Source: an uncultured Bacillales bacterium
GTDB taxonomy: Bacteria; Bacillota_I; Bacilli_A; RFN20; CAG-826
Assembly: GCA_946414915.1 (NCBI GenBank)
Contig: CAMKQK010000002.1
Location: 9,377 to 73,376 of the forward strand
Direction: 5' to 3'
Length of the DNA stretch: 64,000 bases
Program-made: the position numbers and the translations under genes
Shown: positions 37,894 to 46,213 of the stretch, piece after piece
How the letters are laid out: each line of letters begins with the position of its first letter
How positions within the stretch are numbered: position 1 is the first letter of the stretch
Notes under the pieces: model-generated
The model's input: only the letters and a program-made list of their open reading frames with translations
Database searches by the model: none
Told to the model about the DNA's origin: nothing

Positions 37894-38502
37894 ATGAGCC
37901 TATTTTTAACATCAACATCAAGTCCAACAAGTGAAGGTTCCAGTGGTGGTTCCTTGGAATCTTTGAAGAAGTTATTTACTAATCCTGTCCTTTATATAGT
38001 TTTAGGATGTATTGTGCTTTTTATTATTGTTATTTATTTAATTAGAAGATTTGTTAATGCTAGACCAAACGCCACTACAATTGTGGTAAGAAGAGGAAAA
38101 ATATATAAGATATTAGATAAAGATAATCCTAAATGCTTCCTTGTTCCTTTTATGGATAGTGTAGGTGCTATTATCACTGATAGTGAAAAAGAATTCTCCA
38201 GTGATAAATTATTCATAAATAATGGTCCAGATGCTTTATATAAGATTAATTACACTCTTAAATATAAAGTAACTAATCCTAATGAATTCTATAAATATCT
38301 AGATAAAATACAAAATATATTACCTGTTAGACTTAATGATGAATTGCGTCTTTATGCTGATCAAGGTAATGCTTTAGTATTAATCAAAGATTATAGAGAT
38401 AACACTAAGAGCATTATTGAAATTATTAATAAAGCAGTAGCGGAGTATAGCATTGAAGTTACTGATTTTAAGATTAATATTATTGAGCCAATGGGCAAAT
38501 AG
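37894..38502 (+). CDS. Membrane-anchored protein, tentatively SPFH/band-7-like
   Basis: Single TM followed by VVRRGKIYKILDKDNPKCFLVPFMDSV, resembling the start of SPFH domains. Weak call. Confidence 0.4.
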   Translation: MSLFLTSTSSPTSEGSSGGSLESLKKLFTNPVLYIVLGCIVLFIIVIYLIRRFVNARPNATTIVVRRGKIYKILDKDNPKCFLVPFMDSVGAIITDSEKEFSSDKLFINNGPDALYKINYTLKYKVTNPNEFYKYLDKIQNILPVRLNDELRLYADQGNALVLIKDYRDNTKSIIEIINKAVAEYSIEVTDFKINIIEPMGK

Positions 38503-38539
38503 GGTTTCTTCAAATCAAAGGAAATAAAGAAAATTAAAT

Positions 38540-39451
38540 ATGTTAATATTTGTTACCGGAGTTGCGGGTCAATTAGGTCACGATGTCATCGACGAACTCC
38601 ACAAAAGAGGGATAGATGCCATTGGTAGTGATATACGTTCTGAAGAAGAAATAATTAACAAAGCAAATTGGAATAGGTATATTCAACTAGATATTACCAA
38701 CGAAGAATCAGTTAATAAGGTTATTGAAGAAATAAAGCCAGACGCTATTATCCATTGCGCCGCTTGGACTAATGTTGATGGCGCAGAAGATTCAAATAAC
38801 AAAGAATTGGTAAAAAAGATTAATATTGCCGGCACCGATAATTTGGTAAAAGCCGCTAAAAAGATTGGCGCCAAATTCATGTATATATCTACAGATTATG
38901 TTTTCGATGGTGAAGGAACTAAACCATGGAAACCAGATGATAAAGATTATTCTCCATTGAATTATTATGGGCAAACAAAATTAGAAGGAGAATTATCTGT
39001 ATCATCTCAATTAGATAAATACTTTATTGTTAGAATAGCGTGGGTATTTGGACTAAATGGTAAGAACTTTATCAAAACAATGTTATCTCTAGCAGATAAA
39101 GGATATAAAGAATTAAGAGTAGTGGATGATCAAATAGGTACACCTACTTACACATATGATTTAGCAAGACTATTAGTGGATATGATTCAAACCGATAAGT
39201 ATGGTTATTATCACGCTACTAATGAGGGTGGATATATTTCTTGGGCAGATTTCGCAGAAGAAATATTTAGACAAGCCAATAAAGATGTGAAAGTAAAAAG
39301 AGTTACAACCGCTGAGTATGGTATTTCCGTTGCAAAGAGACCATTTAATTCAAGATTAGATAAAAGTAAATTAGTAGAAAATGGATTTGAGCCTCTTCCT
39401 GATTGGAAAGATGCTGTTAGAAGATATCTAGAAGAGATAAAGGAGAAATAA
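38540..39451 (+). CDS. rfbD: dTDP-4-dehydrorhamnose reductase
   Basis: [34 protein letters not shown]. Confidence 0.9.
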   Translation: MLIFVTGVAGQLGHDVIDELHKRGIDAIGSDIRSEEEIINKANWNRYIQLDITNEESVNKVIEEIKPDAIIHCAAWTNVDGAEDSNNKELVKKINIAGTDNLVKAAKKIGAKFMYISTDYVFDGEGTKPWKPDDKDYSPLNYYGQTKLEGELSVSSQLDKYFIVRIAWVFGLNGKNFIKTMLSLADKGYKELRVVDDQIGTPTYTYDLARLLVDMIQTDKYGYYHATNEGGYISWADFAEEIFRQANKDVKVKRVTTAEYGISVAKRPFNSRLDKSKLVENGFEPLPDWKDAVRRYLEEIKEK

Positions 39452-39453
39452 TT

Positions 39454-40341
39454 ATGAAAGGTATTATTTTAGCTGGTGGTAGTGGCACACGTCTCTACCC
39501 ATTAACATTAGTAACATCAAAACAATTATTACCTGTTTATGATAAACCAATGATTTATTATCCATTATCTGTTCTTATGATGGCGGGTATCCGTGATATC
39601 TTAATTATTTCCACTAAAGAAGATACTCCTAGAATGGAACAATTATTAGGAGATGGTTCTAAATTTGGTATTAAATTATCTTATAAAGTTCAACCATCAC
39701 CAGATGGGTTAGCGCAAGCTTTTATTTTGGGTGAAGAATTCATAGGTAAAGATGCCTGCGCTATGGTTTTAGGTGATAACATCTTCTACGGTGCTGGTTT
39801 AGTTAAGCATTTACAAAACTCTGTTAGAAGAGCAGAAGAAGAACACCAAGCTACAATATATGGCTACTATGTACATGATCCAGAAAGATTCGGAATAGTG
39901 GAACTAGATAAAGATGGCAATGCTTTATCAATTGAAGAAAAACCAAAAAATCCAAAATCTAATTATTGTGTTACTGGATTATATTTCTATCCAGCAGGTG
40001 TATCTAAAAAAGCAAATCAAGTTAAACCATCCGCTAGAGGGGAATTAGAAATAACTTCTTTAAATAATATGTACCTAGAAGAAAAGAATCTTCATGTTAC
40101 TACTTTAGGTCGTGGATATTCTTGGTTAGATACAGGAACTCATGAGTCCTTAGTGGATGCTTCTAACTACATTAAACTTCTAGAAGACCACCAAGGCTTA
40201 AAAGTATGCTGTCCAGAAGAAATAGCATATAAGAATGGTTGGATAACAAAAGAGCAATTAATAGAAACTGGCAAATTGATGAAAAAGAACCAATATGGTC
40301 AGCATTTATTAAATGTCGCTAACGGAAAGATTAAATATTAG
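39454..40341 (+). CDS. rfbA: Glucose-1-phosphate thymidylyltransferase
   Basis: [46 protein letters not shown]. Confidence 0.95.
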   Translation: MKGIILAGGSGTRLYPLTLVTSKQLLPVYDKPMIYYPLSVLMMAGIRDILIISTKEDTPRMEQLLGDGSKFGIKLSYKVQPSPDGLAQAFILGEEFIGKDACAMVLGDNIFYGAGLVKHLQNSVRRAEEEHQATIYGYYVHDPERFGIVELDKDGNALSIEEKPKNPKSNYCVTGLYFYPAGVSKKANQVKPSARGELEITSLNNMYLEEKNLHVTTLGRGYSWLDTGTHESLVDASNYIKLLEDHQGLKVCCPEEIAYKNGWITKEQLIETGKLMKKNQYGQHLLNVANGKIKY

Positions 40342-40343
40342 TC

Positions 40344-41300
40344 ATGAATAAAAAATATCAAGTATTTATTAGTTCAACATACAGTGATCTCAAGGAAGAA
40401 AGAGCGGAAGTTACAAAAACTATCCTTGAGCTTGATTGCATTCCATCGGGCATGGAAGCGTTTTGTTCAGAGTCGGAAGAACAATTTGAAATAATCAAAC
40501 GCATCATAGATTTATGTGATTACTACATTTTAATTATTGCTAATAGATATGGTTCGATAAACAAGAAAGAAAACAAAAGTTACACGGAACTAGAGTACGA
40601 ATATGCTTGCCTGAACGGGATACCGGTTCTCGCTTTTATTGCTGATGATAGCGTCAATAAACCATCTGACAATAAGAATGAAAGACTTGAAAATTTCAAA
40701 AAACTTGTCTCTGAAAATAGGATGATATCTTATTGGAAAAATAAAGATGAATTAGCTAGAAAAGTCGCAATCGCATTGTCCAATGCATTTAAAAAGAACG
40801 ACAGAGTTGGATGGATTAAGACGAATGAAAACGAGGAAGAACTTCGCATGCTAGAAGAGATTAAAGGCGAAAATGATTCACTTAGAAAGCAAGCGGAAAA
40901 AAGCGAAGATACTATTGCAAAATTAAAAAAAGAAATTGATGATTTGTCTTTTTCTGATACCACCTTACTGTATGACCAGAAGCCCATTTATATTAAGTAT
41001 AATGTCTATGGTAACACAACAACAAAAACGATTACCATTAAGAGTATTTTCGAAAGCATCTCAATTCATTTCTTAAATATTTCAAAAAGAGAAGACGGCT
41101 TTTTGGAATTGATTGCCAAGGCTATAGACAAAGAATACCATTCAAACATTAACGAAGAGATTCTCAAAAAAATAGCGAATCAACTTCTAGCACTAAACTT
41201 ATTCACAACTCATTGGAGCAAAGAGAACAAAGCTCTTTATTATGAACTTACAAAAAAAGGAATAATAGAAAGAGACAAATTGAATCTTTTTACTGTTTAG
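40344..41300 (+). CDS. DUF4062-domain protein with coiled-coil and unassigned C-terminal domain, inserted between rfbA and rfbC
   Basis: N-terminus YQVFISSTYSDLKEERAEV...CDYYILIIANRYGS matches the DUF4062 signature. Coiled coil EELRMLEEIKGENDSLRKQAEKSEDTIAKLKKEIDDL. The ATG is 2 nt after the rfbA stop. Confidence 0.7.
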   Translation: MNKKYQVFISSTYSDLKEERAEVTKTILELDCIPSGMEAFCSESEEQFEIIKRIIDLCDYYILIIANRYGSINKKENKSYTELEYEYACLNGIPVLAFIADDSVNKPSDNKNERLENFKKLVSENRMISYWKNKDELARKVAIALSNAFKKNDRVGWIKTNENEEELRMLEEIKGENDSLRKQAEKSEDTIAKLKKEIDDLSFSDTTLLYDQKPIYIKYNVYGNTTTKTITIKSIFESISIHFLNISKREDGFLELIAKAIDKEYHSNINEEILKKIANQLLALNLFTTHWSKENKALYYELTKKGIIERDKLNLFTV

Positions 41301-41345
41301 AACCATTCTCCCAGTTGTCAGTAGTTTAGAAAGGAAAAGTTATAA

Positions 41346-41900
41346 ATGAAACAAATAGGTAATTTCTCATTCAAAGAAACATCTATTAAAGGTGTATACA
41401 AGATAGATGTTAAGAAATACGGTGATAACCGTGGTTATTTTATGGAAACTTATAAAAAGACTGACTTTGATGAAGCTGGTCTAGTTTATAACTTTGTACA
41501 AGATAACCAATCTAAATCCAAAAAAGGCGTATTAAGAGGATTACATTTTCAAAAGAAATATCCTCAAGCTAAATTAGTAAGATGCATTGAAGGTGAAGTC
41601 TTTGATGTATGTGTAGATTTAAGACCAGGATCACTAACATATGGTAAATGGGAAGGTGTAGTATTATCCGCTGAAAAAGGCAATCAATTTATGATTCCTA
41701 GAGGATTTGCACATGGTTTCTTAGTCTTAAGCGAAACCGCGACATTCTGCTACAAAGTGGATGAATTCTATCATCCTGAAGATGAAGGCGGCTTAATGTA
41801 TGATGATCCAGACATTGGTGTTGATTGGCCAGATGTTGGAGAAATATTGTTATCCGAGAAAGACAAGAAGAACCTTTGTTTAATGGAATTGTCAAAATAA
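41346..41900 (+). CDS. rfbC: dTDP-4-dehydrorhamnose 3,5-epimerase
   Basis: DNRGYFMETY, RGLHFQ, PRGFAHGF, full length 184 aa. Confidence 0.95.
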   Translation: MKQIGNFSFKETSIKGVYKIDVKKYGDNRGYFMETYKKTDFDEAGLVYNFVQDNQSKSKKGVLRGLHFQKKYPQAKLVRCIEGEVFDVCVDLRPGSLTYGKWEGVVLSAEKGNQFMIPRGFAHGFLVLSETATFCYKVDEFYHPEDEGGLMYDDPDIGVDWPDVGEILLSEKDKKNLCLMELSK

Positions 41901-41919
41901 TAAACGGAGTCGAGACCAA

Positions 41920-42744
41920 ATGAACTATTATCATATAAAAATAAAAATCGCCGTCGATAAAGGCAAATCGTTTTACAGGTATGATAAGATGTATGACGAA
42001 GTTTTAGAAATGGTTAGTCGTTATAAAAGTGGAGAAGCTTTTTATTTGGATGGTTATTCGCTTAACAAGAGCAACATCATCCAATTCAAAATTTCTGTTA
42101 CGGAGAAGAAGAAGGATGATGTCTTGTCCGAAATAAGAGCATCATGGGCTTCTTCTGGGATTGCGCTTATTCTGTCTGATAGTTCGGTTGTTGAAAACAA
42201 TAATTATTCTAAAGATGTTACAGGTGACTTTCTCAATCCCCCGACTAAACAGTTAAAGGGAAATAATAAAAGCATCAGCTCTGTTGATGCGTCAAGAAAT
42301 GTATTCGTTGTCCATGGCCATAACACCAATATGATTGAAAAAGTTGAACTGTTATTAACTAAACTCGGATACAATCCAATTGTTCTTTTTAAAGAAGCCG
42401 ATAAAGGGAAAACAATTATCGAAAAAATTGAAGATAACTCTGATAAAGTATGTTTTGCAATCGTGCTATATTCTAAATGCGACATCGGATATCCTGTTGG
42501 TAAAGAAGGCGACAAGAAATATAGGGCGAGGCAAAACGTTGTGTTTGAGCACGGATATATGATGGCTAAACTCGGAAGAGATAAAGTGTGTGCGCTATTA
42601 GAAGACAGCAGTATTGAGCGTCCTGGTGACATAGATGGAATCATTTATGTTATATTTGGTGACAACGATGAATGGAAATTAAGAATTGCGAAAAATATGA
42701 AGGCAGTTGGGCTAAGCATTGATTACAATTCTTTGTATGATTAA
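41920..42744 (+). CDS. TIR-like nucleotide-binding domain protein (Cap12 / Pycsar-TIR effector-like C-terminal domain) with unassigned N-terminal domain, inserted between rfbC and rfbB
   Basis: C-terminal half VFVVHGHN...FAIVLYSKCD...RARQNVVFEHGYMMAKLGRDKVCALL...PGDIDGIIY matches the bacterial TIR-like family seen in CBASS/Pycsar effectors. Confidence 0.75.
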   Translation: MNYYHIKIKIAVDKGKSFYRYDKMYDEVLEMVSRYKSGEAFYLDGYSLNKSNIIQFKISVTEKKKDDVLSEIRASWASSGIALILSDSSVVENNNYSKDVTGDFLNPPTKQLKGNNKSISSVDASRNVFVVHGHNTNMIEKVELLLTKLGYNPIVLFKEADKGKTIIEKIEDNSDKVCFAIVLYSKCDIGYPVGKEGDKKYRARQNVVFEHGYMMAKLGRDKVCALLEDSSIERPGDIDGIIYVIFGDNDEWKLRIAKNMKAVGLSIDYNSLYD

Positions 42745-42774
42745 TCCATTAAAAGTATATAAGTGGAGTGATTT

Positions 42775-43803
42775 ATGAAAACAATCTTAGTTACAGGTGG
42801 AGCAGGTTTTATTGGTAACTGCTTCTGCAAATTATTATTAAAAGAAAGATCAGAATGGAAAGTGGTGAATGTTGATTCGTTAACATATGCTGCTAATCCA
42901 AACACTATCAAAGAAGAATTAAATAATAAGAACTATAAGTTCTATAAAGTAGATATTAGAAATAGAGAAGAAATTAATAAGATATTCGAAGTAGAAAAAC
43001 CAAATATCGTTGTTAACTTTGCAGCAGAATCTCATGTTGATAGATCTATCCTAGATCCAGAATCATTCTTAACTACTAATATTATTGGTACAGAAGTATT
43101 AATGGATGCTTGTAGAAAATATGGTATTGAAAGATATCATCAAGTATCTACTGATGAAGTATATGGTGATCTTCCATTAGATAGACCAGATTTATTCTTC
43201 CATGAAGATACCCCATTACATACATCAAGTCCATATAGCACATCTAAAGCTAGTGCTGACCTATTAGTTCTAGCGTACTTCCGTACGTATGGTCTACCAG
43301 TCACTATCTCTAGATGTTCTAATAACTATGGCCCATATCAATTCCCAGAAAAACTAATACCACTAATGATATATAAAGCTAACCATGACCAAAAACTTCC
43401 AGTTTATGGTGAAGGTATTAATGTTAGAGACTGGTTATATGTAGAAGACCACTGTAGAGGTATCCTAGCGGTCCTAGAAAAAGGCAGAGTAGGGGAAGTA
43501 TATAACTTAGGTGGACATAACGAAAGAAATAACTTATATATTGTTAAACGTATATTATCTGAACTTAATAAACCAGAATCATTAATTGAACATGTTGCTG
43601 ATAGACATGGTCATGACCAAAGATACGCTATTGATCCCGCTAAAGCTAATAAAGAATTAGGTTGGGATCCAATCACTACATTTGAAGTAGGCATTAAGAA
43701 AACTATTGAATGGTATTTGTCTGATGTTGGTTCATCTTGGCTAGATGAATGCATGAAACAAAACCAAGAGTGGTTAGAAAAGAACTATAAGAATAGGAAA
43801 TAA
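42775..43803 (+). CDS. rfbB: dTDP-glucose 4,6-dehydratase
   Basis: VTGGAGFIG, STDEVYG, YSTSKASAD, HGHDQRYAID. Confidence 0.95.
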   Translation: MKTILVTGGAGFIGNCFCKLLLKERSEWKVVNVDSLTYAANPNTIKEELNNKNYKFYKVDIRNREEINKIFEVEKPNIVVNFAAESHVDRSILDPESFLTTNIIGTEVLMDACRKYGIERYHQVSTDEVYGDLPLDRPDLFFHEDTPLHTSSPYSTSKASADLLVLAYFRTYGLPVTISRCSNNYGPYQFPEKLIPLMIYKANHDQKLPVYGEGINVRDWLYVEDHCRGILAVLEKGRVGEVYNLGGHNERNNLYIVKRILSELNKPESLIEHVADRHGHDQRYAIDPAKANKELGWDPITTFEVGIKKTIEWYLSDVGSSWLDECMKQNQEWLEKNYKNRK

Positions 43804-43825
43804 TTAAGACTAAACAAAACAGCAG

Positions 43826-44062
43826 GTGGCTCGCATTGCTATAGGATGCGCAACACCCGCCGAAAAGAAAGCTGAAGATTTTAAAGTTATTATCTATGAA
43901 CCAACATTAGAAGATGGTTCTGAATTCTTTGGCAGTAAAGTAGTTAATAACTTAGAAGAGTTTAAGAAATTATCTAACGCAATTATCGCTAACAGATATG
44001 ATAGTTGTTTAGATGATGTTCAAAACAAAGTATATACAAGAGACCTATTTAGAAGAGATTAG
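43826..44062 (+). pseudogene. ugd: 3' fragment of a UDP-glucose 6-dehydrogenase gene
   Basis: Only the last about 65 residues of a Ugd-type protein are present (VIIYEPTL...IIANRYD...[10 protein letters not shown]). There is no N-terminal Rossmann or catalytic part. Confidence 0.6.
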
Positions 44063-44079
44063 CCTTTAGACAATTGACT

Positions 44080-44715
44080 ATGTATGATTTTATAAATAAT
44101 AAAGAGCTAAGAAACAATCTCAGGGATTATTGTGAATGTGCTATTTTGGCGGTACAGAAGCAAATCTCTGATTATTTTACATTCTCCTTTAAACTCATTG
44201 GCAGCGGTGATACCCGCTTAATGATGATTAATGGTAAAGATAATTCTATTGATCTAGATTATAACTTAGTGATTCAAAGAGATAAGAAACAATTAATTGG
44301 GGATCCAGGCAGAATAAAACATCTTTTCATGAAAGAGCTAAAAGACTATTTTGGTAAAGATGTGAAAGTCTCTGACTCCACACAAGTGATTACTTGTAAT
44401 ATTGGAAAAATATATGGATATAAATTCTCATTTGATATTGCTATTATCATTGATTGTAATGATGGGTATATGTATAAGATAGTCAACGATAAGAATACGG
44501 CACCCACTAGATATATTTGGAACAAAATACCAAAATCAAAAGACTATGAATATAAGTTCACTGCCTTAAAAAGAATGGGGTATTGGGAAGATATCAAAGA
44601 ATTATATAAAACAAAAAAGAATAATTATTTAAAAAGACAGAGCGATATCACTTCATTTTCTATTCTAATTGAAACGGTTAATGAGATTATTCAAAAGAAT
44701 CACATAGAATTATGA
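44080..44715 (+). CDS. Minimal Pol-beta-fold nucleotidyltransferase (211 aa)
   Basis: G41-S-G-D44, then D58-L-D60, and a later FSFDIAII acidic strand: the hG[GS]...DxD...D pattern of minimal NTases. ATGA overlap with the downstream gene. Confidence 0.55.
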   Translation: MYDFINNKELRNNLRDYCECAILAVQKQISDYFTFSFKLIGSGDTRLMMINGKDNSIDLDYNLVIQRDKKQLIGDPGRIKHLFMKELKDYFGKDVKVSDSTQVITCNIGKIYGYKFSFDIAIIIDCNDGYMYKIVNDKNTAPTRYIWNKIPKSKDYEYKFTALKRMGYWEDIKELYKTKKNNYLKRQSDITSFSILIETVNEIIQKNHIEL

Positions 44716-45392
44716 ACAATCTCGATACATTCTTTTCTCTAATTGAAATCAAAGAGGAAGAAAAAGACTCCGCGAAAGAGTTTATCAAGCTAAGAGGCCT
44801 AGAAGAACACATACTAATGGCTAAACATTTAGCTTCTTACATGAGCGAAGGGAAACCGGCTTATAGCGAAGTGGCCACAGCCTTCCGCTATGACAAAAGA
44901 ATTAGAAGAATAGTTTATAAATATATAGGGTTAATTGAAGAGTATTATCGCTCTTTTTTATGCAATAACTTTTCTAAGCCAAATGAATTAGGTATTAAGA
45001 CAAACAAATCTCTATATGATTATTGTTGTGATTCCTTATTTAGCAAAATAGTGGAGATAGTTTGGTCATTAGATGATAACTATAAATCTCAACTATTTGA
45101 ATCCAAAGTAGTTCTTAAAAAGAATCTAGATGCATTAGTCAGGTTTAGAAATGCTATTAGTCATAATAGAACATTAATCAATTATCGTGATTTTAAAGAA
45201 GTAACTTTAGACAACGGTGAAATAGGTTGTTCCTTGTTGTTAAATACGAAAAACCTTTTAAGCTTATTACCTTGTTCAATTAAAGATTCATTTATAAAAG
45301 AAATCAACTCTTCAATTCGTATTGGGGCAAAAAAGTTGGCCAATCAAACTGAGTGGAAACTATTTTCTTTCTTAATTATTAAATTGAGTTAG
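44712..45392 (+). CDS. Abi_2 (AbiD/AbiF-like, HEPN-superfamily) protein
   Basis: RFRNAISHNR (R146-x4-H151) in a helical protein of 226 aa. Translationally coupled to the NTase. Confidence 0.6.
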   Translation: MNNLDTFFSLIEIKEEEKDSAKEFIKLRGLEEHILMAKHLASYMSEGKPAYSEVATAFRYDKRIRRIVYKYIGLIEEYYRSFLCNNFSKPNELGIKTNKSLYDYCCDSLFSKIVEIVWSLDDNYKSQLFESKVVLKKNLDALVRFRNAISHNRTLINYRDFKEVTLDNGEIGCSLLLNTKNLLSLLPCSIKDSFIKEINSSIRIGAKKLANQTEWKLFSFLIIKLS

Positions 45393-45452
45393 TTGACATA
45401 TTATCCAATTAAAGTGCTTAAAAAATATTACAAATATATGTAGGAGACAATT

Positions 45453-46046
45453 ATGAGTTGGGATCATGAACTCAAAAAAACTATTTGTCCATGTGGGAAT
45501 GGGACAATAGAAAAAGAGGTTAAAAGTGACGATTGGGGCCGATATGAGGAAGGCAATCCTTATATAAATTGCCCAAATTGTTCTAAAAAATACAATTTAA
45601 TAACAGTAGCGCACTATTCAATTTATAAGTGGAAGGGCGGTGGCAACTCTTACTACCTTGTTGAAAAAAACGTAGATTTGCGTGTTAAAAGAGAACAAAA
45701 ATATCCAATAGTTAATGAATACGAATTGTGCACAAAAGATTTTCCTCATTATTTAATTGTTGCTTACAAATTAGAATGGCTACATGATGCTAAAAAAGAA
45801 TTGGATGAAAAAACAAGCATAAATTCTTTAAGTGGCTTTGCGAGTGGAATTGCTAGATGCAAGAAAAAACATTATGGAGGCGTAAAGATTAAAGAGCTTC
45901 GAAAAGATTTAACAATAGCAATAGATGAATACAATTCTTATATTGTCAACAAAGAAAAAATTGAAGAACAAGAAGCTTTGGATAAGAAAGCCAGAGAAGA
46001 ATGGCTTAAGAGGGTCGAAGAAAACGGCATTTTGATAATTTTTTGA
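45453..46046 (+). CDS. Zinc-ribbon hypothetical protein
   Basis: CPCGNG...CPNCSKK four-Cys ribbon at the N-terminus. RBS AGGAG upstream. No family recognised. Confidence 0.5.
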   Translation: MSWDHELKKTICPCGNGTIEKEVKSDDWGRYEEGNPYINCPNCSKKYNLITVAHYSIYKWKGGGNSYYLVEKNVDLRVKREQKYPIVNEYELCTKDFPHYLIVAYKLEWLHDAKKELDEKTSINSLSGFASGIARCKKKHYGGVKIKELRKDLTIAIDEYNSYIVNKEKIEEQEALDKKAREEWLKRVEENGILIIF

Positions 46047-46213
46047 GTTCCATAGTTTGCTGGTGAAACACAAAACTAAACCTATTTTTTATTTGAAAAA
46101 TAAGATATAATTTTTATTAGAAAAATCGTTGTTTTTAATAGAATTTTAAACCTTTAAGAATTACATAATAACGATATGAAGAATAATTAATTTATGTCAA
46201 CAAGGAGTAATGA

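Noticed and set aside
41920-44715. CBASS- or Pycsar-like signalling pair, considered because of the TIR-like effector plus the nucleotidyltransferase at 44080.
   Set aside because: The NTase is only ~211 aa, much smaller than CD-NTases, and is not a Pycsar-type cyclase fold. It is separated from the TIR-like gene by rfbB and a ugd fragment, and it is translationally coupled to an Abi_2/HEPN gene instead.
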